A stretch of DNA of 40,220 nt, taken from contig JALGWK010000002.1 of the NCBI GenBank assembly GCA_025774205.1, positions 1 through 40,220 of the forward strand. Reading direction: 5' to 3'. Numbering within the stretch: position 1 is the stretch's first letter; the number at the start of each line of letters is the position of its first letter. This DNA is from a bacterium (GTDB taxonomy: Bacteria > Blakebacterota > Blakebacteria > Blakebacterales > Blakebacteraceae). A model generated the notes under the pieces. The model was given only the letters and a program-made list of their open reading frames with translations, was not told the origin of the DNA and made no database searches. Position numbers and translations under genes: made by a program. Positions 21,491 through 29,267 of this stretch are shown here, in pieces.

Positions 21491-22682
21491 ATGAAATTCG
21501 CGCAACGGATGTCCCGTCTCGGTACAGAAACCGCGTTTGAGGTCCTGGCCGTCGTCAACAGGCTGAAGGCAGAGGGAACCTGACTTCGAGACGCCCGAGA
21601 ATATCCGGGAAGCGGCCAAGAAAGCGATCGACGACGAGTTTACGCACTACACTCCGTCGGCCGGCATGGTGGATTTCAGGAAAGCGATTGCGTCGTACAT
21701 CAACGGCACCCGCGGGACCGTTTACAGCCCGGAAAACGTGGTGGTGACCCCCGGTGCCAAGCCGATCATGTTCTACGTCATCCTGGCCCTGGCCGAGAGC
21801 GGGGACGAGGTCGTCTACCCCAACCCCGGTTTCCCGATCTACGAATCGATGATCGATTTCGCGGGCGCCACGGCCGTCCCGCTGCCCCTGGAAGAGAAGC
21901 ACGCCTTCAGTTTCGATGTTGAGAAGCTGGAGACCCTCGTGTCCGACGCCACCCGGCTGCTCATCATCAACAGCCCGCAGAACCCGACCGGAGGGGTGGT
22001 GCCGAAGGAGAGCCTGGCACGGGTTGCTGAACTGGCCGTGAAGCACGATTTCGTGGTCCTCTCCGATGAGATCTACAGCCGTCTCGTCTGGGACGGTGAG
22101 TTCCAGAGTATCACTCAGTTCCCCGGAATGGCGGAGAGAACGGTCATCCTCGACGGCCATTCCAAGACCTATGCCATGACCGGCTGGCGCCTCGGGTACG
22201 GCTGCATGCCTGAAGAACTGGCTGCCGCGATCGCCAAGCTGATGACCAACAGCAATTCGTGCACCGCTGCCTTCACCCAGATCGCCGGGACAGAGGCCCT
22301 GGAGGGTGACCAGAGCGGCGCCGACATGATGCGGGACACCTTCGCGGAGCGGCGCGACATCATCGTCGACGGGCTGAACGCCATCGACGGGATATCCTGC
22401 CTCTCGCCCGCGGGCGCTTTCTACGTCTGGCCCAACGTGACGGAGGTCTGCGCGAAATTGGACTTGCCGGACTCGAAGGCGCTGCAGAATTATCTCCTCT
22501 TCGAGGCGGGTGTCGCGGTCCTCGGCCGGCAGTGTTTCGGACGGCGGGCTGATGACGAGGACCAGGAATATATCCGTTTCTCCTACGCGGCTTCGTCCGA
22601 GGTCATCCGGGAGGGACTGAAACGGATCGAAGAAGCCACCGCCGACGTCGAGCGTGCCCGCGCCTGGTGGGCGTCACAATAG
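21491..22682 (+). pseudogene. class-I PLP aminotransferase (aspartate/aromatic type) with a short out-of-frame deletion near the N-terminus
   Basis: ATG 21491 encodes MKFAQRMSRLGTETAFEVLAVVNRLKAEGT* (TGA 21581). The frame of ORF 21666..22682 is open from 21567 and reads (RQR)EPDFETPENIREAAKKAIDDEFTHYTPSAGMVDFRKAI... onward to SKTYAMTGWRLGY. The usual ~9-10 residues between AEG and EPDF (type K-D-I-I-x-L-x-x-G) are absent, and the two frames abut at 21575-21578. Confidence 0.75.
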
Positions 22683-22734
22683 CGGTCGGTTTCCGATACC
22701 GGACGCGGAGTCCGGAGTGAGAAGAGTGATCAAG

Positions 22735-23487
22735 ATGACCCGTTCATGGAGAGTTGTCACATCGGTCGGCATCGCGGCGATGCTGGTGGTCATGGGGGCC
22801 GGATGCGGTGGCAACGGCACCACCGATCCCAACGGAGATGATGTCGACCTGCTGTTCGAAGAGACCTTCGCCAGCGTTCCCGACGGCAGCATCCCGGTCG
22901 GCTGGACCACCATCGATCAGCAGGCTGCCACCAGAGAGGGGCCGGGTGACTGGACGGTCAGGTCGGGACGGCTCCGCCAGACCTCGAATATCCAGGCTCC
23001 CATCACGACGGGACTCTCCTACGCCATCAACTATGAGGGGACGATGGCGGTCATCGGCGACACCTCCTGGACCAACATCAGTTACCGGGCCGATATCACC
23101 CCACGGGATGATGACGGAGTCGGCCTGATCTTCCGTTGGAAACCGTCCTCAGTCGATCCTGACGGCAACTTCTATCGGCTCCTGATGGTCGATGATTCCT
23201 CCTCGGGAGGCCCGAAACTCCGGCTCGACCGGAGGACCGACGGGGTATGGGCGATCATCGACGAAAAGACCACCTCCTACAACGGTTACAATGAGGACAA
23301 GACGTACGTGGTGGAGATCGACATGGTGGTGGACGATTTCACCATCAAGATCAATGGATCCATCATCTTCGAGTTCGAGGACGCAGTCGCCGATGGCGGC
23401 CTGACCAGCGGCAAGGTAGGGTTCTTCTGCTACGCTGAGCAGGGCGCGGACTTCGACAACGTGAAGGTCTACCGCCGCGGTCCCTGA
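22735..23487 (+). CDS. lipoprotein with a concanavalin/LamG-like (DUF1080-like) jelly-roll domain
   Basis: Start re-called to MTRSWRVVTSVGIAAMLVVMGAGC|GG (lipobox). The pattern W..R.G.L....., DDGVGLIFRW, YRLLM, GKVGFFCY..GADFDNVKVYR resembles DUF1080/LamG-like proteins. This assignment is by pattern memory only. Confidence 0.5.
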   Translation: MTRSWRVVTSVGIAAMLVVMGAGCGGNGTTDPNGDDVDLLFEETFASVPDGSIPVGWTTIDQQAATREGPGDWTVRSGRLRQTSNIQAPITTGLSYAINYEGTMAVIGDTSWTNISYRADITPRDDDGVGLIFRWKPSSVDPDGNFYRLLMVDDSSSGGPKLRLDRRTDGVWAIIDEKTTSYNGYNEDKTYVVEIDMVVDDFTIKINGSIIFEFEDAVADGGLTSGKVGFFCYAEQGADFDNVKVYRRGP

Positions 23488-23496
23488 CCGATTCCC

Positions 23497-24453
23497 ATGG
23501 AAGAGTTCGACTCCCACTCCGCTCGTGAGGCGATCTCCGGCATCGCCGTCACAACTCCGCTCCATCGCTCATCAGGCCTGAGCGCCTCGGCCGGTGTCGA
23601 TGTCCGGCTGAAACTTGAGAATCTCCAGGTGACCGGCTCCTTCAAGGTCAGGGGAGCAGCCACGCGCATGCTGGCTCTCACTGAAGCGGAACGGGAGAAG
23701 GGCGTCATCACCTGTTCGAGCGGCAACCATGGCCGCGCGGTCGCCTTCGTGGCCGAGAAGCTCGGCATCCCCGCCACTATCTGCCTCCCCGAATGGGTCG
23801 ATCCCGTCAAGCTCGACGCGATGCGCCGGCACGGCGCCGAGACAGTCCTGCACGGGAAGACCTACGATGAGGCGGAGGTCCGCTCCTTCGAGATCGAGGA
23901 AGAGCGGGGCCTCACCTATGTCCACCCTTTTGATGACCCCCATGTCATCTCCGGCCAGGGCACGATTGCCCTCGAGATCCTCGAGCAGTGCCCCTCTCTC
24001 GGAACCGTGGTAGTGCCGCTTTCAGGCGGCGGCCTGATCGCCGGGATCACGATCGCTCTCAAGCAGCACGACCCGTCGATAAGGGTCGTCGGCGTCTCCG
24101 CCGCCCGCGCCCGGGTCATGCATGAGAGCCTTCTGGCCGGACGACCGATCGAGTTCCCTGAGGAGGAGACGATCGCCAGCGCGCTCTCGGGCGGGATCGG
24201 TCTCGATAACCGCTATTCTTTCCGGATCGTCCGGGACATGGTCGATGAACGGCTGCTGGTGGAGGAAGAGGAACTGCGCGAAGCGATGACCTGGGCCGCG
24301 AGGGAAGAAAAACTCGTCGTCGAGGGGGGAGGCGCGGTCGGGATCGCCGCGCTCCTCACCGGCAGGGTGAAGAGCGCGAAGGGTGATGTTGTGGTGGTGG
24401 TCAGCGGGGGGAACGTCGCTCCCGACCTCTTCGCGAAAGTGCTGTCGGACTAG
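23497..24453 (+). CDS. PLP-dependent threonine/serine dehydratase family (fold type II)
   Basis: LENLQVTGSFKVRGA (PLP-lysine motif), SSGNHGRAVAF and a glycine-rich loop VVPLSGGGLIAG. Confidence 0.85.
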   Translation: MEEFDSHSAREAISGIAVTTPLHRSSGLSASAGVDVRLKLENLQVTGSFKVRGAATRMLALTEAEREKGVITCSSGNHGRAVAFVAEKLGIPATICLPEWVDPVKLDAMRRHGAETVLHGKTYDEAEVRSFEIEEERGLTYVHPFDDPHVISGQGTIALEILEQCPSLGTVVVPLSGGGLIAGITIALKQHDPSIRVVGVSAARARVMHESLLAGRPIEFPEEETIASALSGGIGLDNRYSFRIVRDMVDERLLVEEEELREAMTWAAREEKLVVEGGGAVGIAALLTGRVKSAKGDVVVVVSGGNVAPDLFAKVLSD

Positions 24454-24472
24454 CTCCCGTCACCTCTGAACC

Positions 24473-25615
24473 TCAGATATTCTTGATCACTTCCAGAGCG
24501 ATCACATTCCGCTGGATCTGGTTCGTTCCTTCGTAGATCTGTGTGATCTTGGCGTCCCGCATGAATTTTTCAACCGGGTAGTCCTTCATGTAACCGTAAC
24601 CACCCATGATCTGGACCGCGTCGGTGGTAACCTTCATGGCGACGTCCGAGGCGAAGCATTTCGCCATGGCCGAGTGGCCCGATGATTTGTCACCACCATC
24701 GATCGTCCGCGCCGAAGCGTAGACGAGTGTTCTGGCGGCCTCGATCTGCATGGCCATGTCGGCGATCATGAACTGGATGCCCTGGAAGGAGGTGATCGGT
24801 TTGCCGAACTGGATTCTCTCCTTGGCGTAGGCCACTGATTCATCGAACGCGCCCTGGGCGATACCGACCGCCTGGGCGCCCACCCCGGGGCGGGTGTTGT
24901 CGAAGGTGCGCATCGCGACGATAAAGCCCTGACCCGGTTTCCCCAGCAGATTCTCCTTCGGAACCCGACAGTCGTTGAAGATGAGTTCAGTGGTTTTCGA
25001 GGCACGGATACCCATCTTGTTCTCTTCCTTGCCGAACTCGAAGCCGGGTGTTCCCTTTTCAATGATGATCGCTGACATCCCGCGAGGACCACGATTCGGA
25101 TCGGTGTTCACGATAATCGAATAGATCTCGGCCACCTCACCATTCGAGATGAACTGCTTTGTGCCGTTGATCACGTAGTGGTCGCCATCTTCAACAGCCG
25201 TCGTCCTGATCCCGCCCGCGTCAGAGCCCGCGTTCTGCTCGGTAAGACCGAAGGCCGCGTACTTCGTGCCATCGGCGATCGGCCGCAGGTATTTTTCTTT
25301 CTGTTCATCAGTTCCAAACAGCTTGATGGGGGTCGCGGCGAGCAGGTTCGCCGAATGGGTGGTCGCAACGCCGGCGCAAACACGGGAGAGTTCCTCGGAG
25401 ACGAGCGACATCTCCAGGACGCCGCCGCCGATCCCACCGTATTCCTCGGGGATGAAAACACGCAGCAGGTCGGCCGCGGCCAGTTCCTTCATGACTTCGT
25501 GGGGGAATTCACCCTTTTCATCGAGTTCCGCTCTGACCGGCTTGATTACTTCTTCCGCGATCTTCCTGGTAAGGTCACGGATCATCTCCTGCTCTTCGGT
25601 GAGAAAATGGTTCAT
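24473..25615 (-). CDS. acyl-CoA dehydrogenase (short/butyryl-CoA type)
   Basis: 380 aa with AAFGLTEQNAGSDAGG, ISNG, and a C-terminal YEGTNQIQRNVIA with the catalytic Glu context. Confidence 0.9.
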   Translation of the reverse strand: MNHFLTEEQEMIRDLTRKIAEEVIKPVRAELDEKGEFPHEVMKELAAADLLRVFIPEEYGGIGGGVLEMSLVSEELSRVCAGVATTHSANLLAATPIKLFGTDEQKEKYLRPIADGTKYAAFGLTEQNAGSDAGGIRTTAVEDGDHYVINGTKQFISNGEVAEIYSIIVNTDPNRGPRGMSAIIIEKGTPGFEFGKEENKMGIRASKTTELIFNDCRVPKENLLGKPGQGFIVAMRTFDNTRPGVGAQAVGIAQGAFDESVAYAKERIQFGKPITSFQGIQFMIADMAMQIEAARTLVYASARTIDGGDKSSGHSAMAKCFASDVAMKVTTDAVQIMGGYGYMKDYPVEKFMRDAKITQIYEGTNQIQRNVIALEVIKNI

Positions 25616-25775
25616 CTATCATATCTCCGGCTTGCTGGCTGTTGCATACCACGGTGGTAAGCACGGGTCATCGTTATCGAATTTATCAAACGCTACAACC
25701 TAATCAGTCAGGTCCACTCCTGTAAACAACAGTTGGTCTTGTCCAGAATGAACTGCGGCGATTGATTGCAGCATC

Positions 25776-26738
25776 ATGAACTACGTTTTCGGACCGGTAC
25801 TGTCGCGACGGCTCGGACAATCGCTCGGAGTCGATCCCATCCCGCAGAAGACCTGCAACTGGAACTGCGTCTACTGCCAATTGGGGAGAACCACCCCGAT
25901 AACCGACCGGGTCGAGGAATACTACCCGCGGGAGGCAATCGTTGTCGAGGTCGAGGAGGCGGTCCGGACGCACGGCAGATCGAAGATCGACTGGGTGACC
26001 TTCGTCGGGTCGGGTGAGCCGACGCTGCACTCCGGGATCGGCTGGATGATCCGGGAAGTGAAGGAACGGACCGGTCTTCCGGTGGCGGTTATCACGAACG
26101 GTTCACTTCTGTATATCCCTGAAGTCCGCCGGGCGCTCCTGCCGGCCGGGGTGGTCCTGCCCAGTCTCGATGCCGGCAGCGAAGCTCTCTTCCGGAAGAT
26201 CAACCGGCCCCACCCGGAGTTCACATTCGAACGACTGGTCGACGGGCTGGTCTCTTTCAGCGGGGAATATGACGGTCGACTCTGGATCGAGGTCGTTCTG
26301 ATATCGGGATTGAACGATTCAGAGGAGGCACTGCGCGATCTGGCAGAGGTCATCAGTCGGATCGGTCCCGACCAGGTCCACCTGAACCTGCCCACCCGGC
26401 CGCCGGCGGAATCGTGGGTGGAACCGGCCCCGGAGGAAGGGATCGTCAGGGCCCGGTCGATCCTGGGTGATGTCGCTCACGTCTTCCATGGGGTGGAGGG
26501 AACCCACGAGCTCAGCGGGTTCGATGATGTTGTGGAAGCGATCCTCGACATCATCGGCCGCCATCCGATGAGCGAGAAGGAACTGACGGCCGTCCTCGAG
26601 GCATGGTTCCCGGGGGAGGTCGAAGACGCGCTCACCGACCTGGCCGCCAGCGGCCGGGCCCACGTCGTGGAGCGCTACGGTGACCGCTTCTGGAGCGGCT
26701 CTGATCAGACCTACTCCGATACTCCTGCAGACAACTGA
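25776..26738 (+). CDS. radical SAM protein (COG0731-like family, function unknown)
   Basis: N-terminal MNYVFGPVLSRRLGQSLGVDPIPQKTCNWNCVYCQLG contains the CxxxCxxC cluster motif. No SPASM-type extra Cys clusters are seen. Confidence 0.8.
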   Translation: MNYVFGPVLSRRLGQSLGVDPIPQKTCNWNCVYCQLGRTTPITDRVEEYYPREAIVVEVEEAVRTHGRSKIDWVTFVGSGEPTLHSGIGWMIREVKERTGLPVAVITNGSLLYIPEVRRALLPAGVVLPSLDAGSEALFRKINRPHPEFTFERLVDGLVSFSGEYDGRLWIEVVLISGLNDSEEALRDLAEVISRIGPDQVHLNLPTRPPAESWVEPAPEEGIVRARSILGDVAHVFHGVEGTHELSGFDDVVEAILDIIGRHPMSEKELTAVLEAWFPGEVEDALTDLAASGRAHVVERYGDRFWSGSDQTYSDTPADN

Positions 26739-26756
26739 CACACCAACGGTCTCTCA

Positions 26757-26799
26757 ACGAAAGAAAACGCCGGATGGAGCGAACCCCCCATCCGGCGTT
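26757..26799 (-). terminator. orphan rho-independent terminator (no intact minus-strand gene feeds it)
   Basis: A 12-bp perfect stem, AACGCCGGATGG (26766-26777) / CCATCCGGCGTT (26788-26799), with a 10-nt loop. A T-rich tail (TTTTCTTTCG) lies on the minus strand only. Confidence 0.6.
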
Positions 26800-26865
26800 G
26801 TCGAACGAGAACACTCTTTCCTGGACCGATGCTACTCGGCCGGTGAGACCGCTCCTTCGATCGTG
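26764..26865. repeat. left direct repeat: degenerate copy of the sdhB 3' end plus terminator
   Basis: Collinear with 29165-29267. It shares the perfect 13-mer ACGCCGGATGGAG (26767-26779) and 14-mer TCGGCCGGTGAGAC (26836-26849) with similar spacing (56 vs 54 nt). On the minus strand it encodes TIEGAVSPAE*, versus TIDGAVSPAEQP* at the true sdhB end. Confidence 0.8.
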
Positions 26866-26929
26866 TCAGGCTATCAAGTCGATGAATTGATATAATAAAC
26901 ATAGTGTAATTAATATCACATATTGATAC

Positions 26930-26958
26930 TTGACGCATATGCGACAGCGTAATATTAT
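26930..26958 (+). promoter_or_regulatory. sigma70-type promoter TTGACG-N17-TATTAT for the AbiE operon
   Basis: TTGACG at 26930-26935, a 17-nt spacer, TATTAT at 26953-26958, then an AAGGA RBS before ATG 26995. Flanked by GTAATTAATATC (26906-26917) and GCAATTAATAGC (26968-26979). Confidence 0.5.
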
Positions 26959-26994
26959 AAAACAAGTGCAATTAATAGCAGTAAAGGATATTAA

Positions 26995-27822
26995 ATGCAT
27001 AACATAAGTAATCGCGCATCACTCAAAGGGCTCGGTGAATCTGAACGTGAGATCCTGTCGGCATTGGCCGCGTTGGAACAACCGACACTTTCGGTGGATG
27101 AAGTCCTGGACCTCTTCGACCTGAGCCGTCAGGCGGCAAATCTGATGCTCTCCCGCCTGGCCCGCAAGGGTTGGCTCCGACGATTGCGTCGAGGTGTTTA
27201 TACGATTGTGCCACTCTCCTCATCGTCCAGTCAGCCGGTGGTTGAAAACCCGTTGACCGTAGCAATGAGATTGTTCAAGCCGTGTTACATCTCAGGCTGG
27301 ACCGCGGCCGAACACTGGGACCTGACAGAACAGATCCATAATGTCGTGGTTGTTTACAGTTCCACGCCTCAGCGAAAGTCAATACAGGAGATAGGCGGGG
27401 TGAAGTACCGGATTCGCCGTGTTCCCGAGGAGACCATTTTCGGGACCATCAGACTCTGGTACGGCAGAGTACCTGTTCAGATGGCAAGTCCGGAGCGGAT
27501 GATCATCGATATTCTCAATGCGCCCGAAATGGGAGGGGGCAGCCGTCAGACACTTGATATCGTGCGCGCCTACTGGAGAGGAGCACGGAAGGATCCGGAA
27601 AATCTGATGTCCTGCGCCGAGAAACTGGGGCGGGGGAGTGTATTCAAACGACTCGGCTTTACCGCCGAGTTGTTCGGTGACCCTGATCCCGGGTGGACGG
27701 ATCGATGCCTGCATGGTCTGACGAAAGGGATAGCACTGCTTGATCCTTCCGGCCCCAGAGGAGGGCCGACAGCCTCACGCTGGCGTCTTCGAATCAATGT
27801 CCCCCTGGAGGATGGTTCGTGA
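26995..27822 (+). CDS. abiEi: AbiEi-family antitoxin / transcriptional regulator (COG5340-like)
   Basis: N-terminal wHTH-like region SEREILSALAALEQPTLSVDEVLDLFDLSRQAANLMLSRLARKGWLRRLRRGVYTIVP, followed by the typical PCYISGWTAAEHWDLTEQ. Its stop overlaps the start of the downstream gene (GTGA at 27819-27822). Confidence 0.8.
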   Translation: MHNISNRASLKGLGESEREILSALAALEQPTLSVDEVLDLFDLSRQAANLMLSRLARKGWLRRLRRGVYTIVPLSSSSSQPVVENPLTVAMRLFKPCYISGWTAAEHWDLTEQIHNVVVVYSSTPQRKSIQEIGGVKYRIRRVPEETIFGTIRLWYGRVPVQMASPERMIIDILNAPEMGGGSRQTLDIVRAYWRGARKDPENLMSCAEKLGRGSVFKRLGFTAELFGDPDPGWTDRCLHGLTKGIALLDPSGPRGGPTASRWRLRINVPLEDGS

Positions 27823-29060
27823 TCCCGAAGGCTGAAGTCATGGCTATCGCTGAGGAACTCGAACTGCTCCCCACCACGATCGAGAAGGACTATGTCCTGG
27901 GATGGGTACTGTTCGCTGTCGCGGCACACCCCGATCTAAGTCTCTGGATCTTCAAAGGTGGGACCTGTTTGAAGAAATGCTATTTCGATACCTACCGATT
28001 CTCTGAAGATATCGATTTCACGGTTCCATCTGAGGCTCCATATGATATCGAGGCAATTCACACATCTCTGCAGGAAGTGAGTGGTTGGGTTTACGATCAG
28101 GCCGGTATCGAGTGCCCGGATGATGGGCTCCAGATCTCCGAATCAGTCAACAGGCGGGGAGAGTCGACTTTTCAGGCGAAATTGACGTATCTGGGTCCAC
28201 TCGGGATGCCTCGTGCATCCCGCCAGCGGATCAAGTTCGACCTGACCATGGATGAGATCGTCGTAGACTCCTCAGTACCTCGGGAAGTCTTCCACGGTTA
28301 TTCGGACGGATTACCGTTGGCAGAAATGGTGAGCTGTTACAGTGTCACCGAGATTCTGGCTGAGAAAATACGTGCTCTGTATGAACGAGAGGGGAGAGCA
28401 CGGGATGTATATGACATTGTCAATATCGGTCGAAATCTGCGTGAAGAGATTCCGGACGAGGATTTCCATGCTGCTGTAAATGAAAAGTTCAGGTTCAAGG
28501 ATCTGGAAAAACCCACGGTCGAGGGGATCCTGAGCCGGGTGGATGCGGAGGTTCTGGCACGTGACTGGTCCGAGTCGCTGAAACATCAACTCCCGATGCT
28601 GCCCCCTGTGGAGGAGTATCTCAAAGCTCTGGAAGATATCCTCCGGTGGTACCTCACGGAGGTAGCCCAACCGGAACTTGAATCAGTGCCTGGTGGTGTT
28701 AACGAGACATTAATTCCGCGGATTCCATTCATACAACCCCTGGCAGCCGGCCGTCTGGGGCGTGGACATCCCATGAGTGTCGGCGATTACCCGGCATTGG
28801 TTTTCGGGGGAAGTATGGAGAGAGTCCGGTTCGCGGCCCGAAATCGACTACTTGTGCAGGTAATGTACAAGGGTGTTCCAAGGCTCGTTGAACCGTATTC
28901 ACTCAGAATGCCGTCCACCGGCAAGCTGTTGCTTTATGTCCATGAGGTTCAGCGTGGATATCAGTCAACTGGTCAGATCAAGGCGTTCAAGGTGGCAGAA
29001 CTCGGTCAAGTCAATGTCACCGATCAGGCGTTCTTCGCCAGGTATCGGGTTGAATTGTAG
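27819..29060 (+). CDS. abiEii: AbiEii/AbiGii-family (DUF1814) nucleotidyltransferase toxin with a C-terminal WYL-like extension
   Basis: The NTase motifs are all present: IFKGGTCLKKCY (hGG), RFSEDIDF (acidic dyad), EILAEKIRALYER and ARDVYDI. Residues ~285-413 are extra. Within them, ERVRFAARNRLLVQVMYKGVPRLVEPYSLRMPSTGKLLLYVHEVQRGYQSTGQIKAFKVAELGQVNVTDQAF matches the WYL/SH3-barrel pattern (R.V.PY.L ... hhhY ... h+.F+h..h..h..T...F). Confidence 0.8.
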   Translation: MIPKAEVMAIAEELELLPTTIEKDYVLGWVLFAVAAHPDLSLWIFKGGTCLKKCYFDTYRFSEDIDFTVPSEAPYDIEAIHTSLQEVSGWVYDQAGIECPDDGLQISESVNRRGESTFQAKLTYLGPLGMPRASRQRIKFDLTMDEIVVDSSVPREVFHGYSDGLPLAEMVSCYSVTEILAEKIRALYEREGRARDVYDIVNIGRNLREEIPDEDFHAAVNEKFRFKDLEKPTVEGILSRVDAEVLARDWSESLKHQLPMLPPVEEYLKALEDILRWYLTEVAQPELESVPGGVNETLIPRIPFIQPLAAGRLGRGHPMSVGDYPALVFGGSMERVRFAARNRLLVQVMYKGVPRLVEPYSLRMPSTGKLLLYVHEVQRGYQSTGQIKAFKVAELGQVNVTDQAFFARYRVEL

Positions 29061-29162
29061 GTTGGGCACTTCAACTGTCGGTTGCCACCGGCGGTATCCG
29101 ACAGTCTATCAGGCAATGGCCACAGAATAATATGAGGTTCTCTCAGGGGCTGGAATACAATG

Positions 29163-29201
29163 ACAAAAATACGCCGGATGGAGAGGAACCTCCACCCGGC
29201 G
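29163..29201 (-). terminator. rho-independent terminator of sdhB
   Basis: Stem CGCCGGATGGAG (29172-29183) / CTCCACCCGGCG (29190-29201) with one mismatch. On the minus strand it is followed by TATTTTTGT. It lies 27 nt after the sdhB stop. Confidence 0.6.
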
Positions 29202-29267
29202 ATCGGTCGTGAGTTGATGTCTTCGGACTATGGCTGTTCGGCCGGTGAGACTGCCCCGTCGATCGTG
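29165..29267. repeat. right direct repeat: authentic sdhB 3' end plus terminator
   Basis: See the left repeat. The 13-mer is at 29171-29183 and the 14-mer at 29238-29251. Confidence 0.8.

Larger units (their letters stand above)
26866..29164 (+). mobile_element. GC-poor ~2.3-kb defence islet (AbiE cassette) between the direct repeats; no recombinase gene
   Basis: Bounded by the two ~100-nt repeats. It begins with a very AT-rich 130-nt stretch and is visibly lower in GC than its flanks. It contains only abiEi and abiEii. Confidence 0.55.

Noticed and set aside
29120-29215. Small ORF MRFSQGLEYNDKNTPDGEEPPPGDRS* at the right end of the islet
   Set aside because: It has no RBS, it runs through the sdhB terminator hairpin, and it has no recognisable features.
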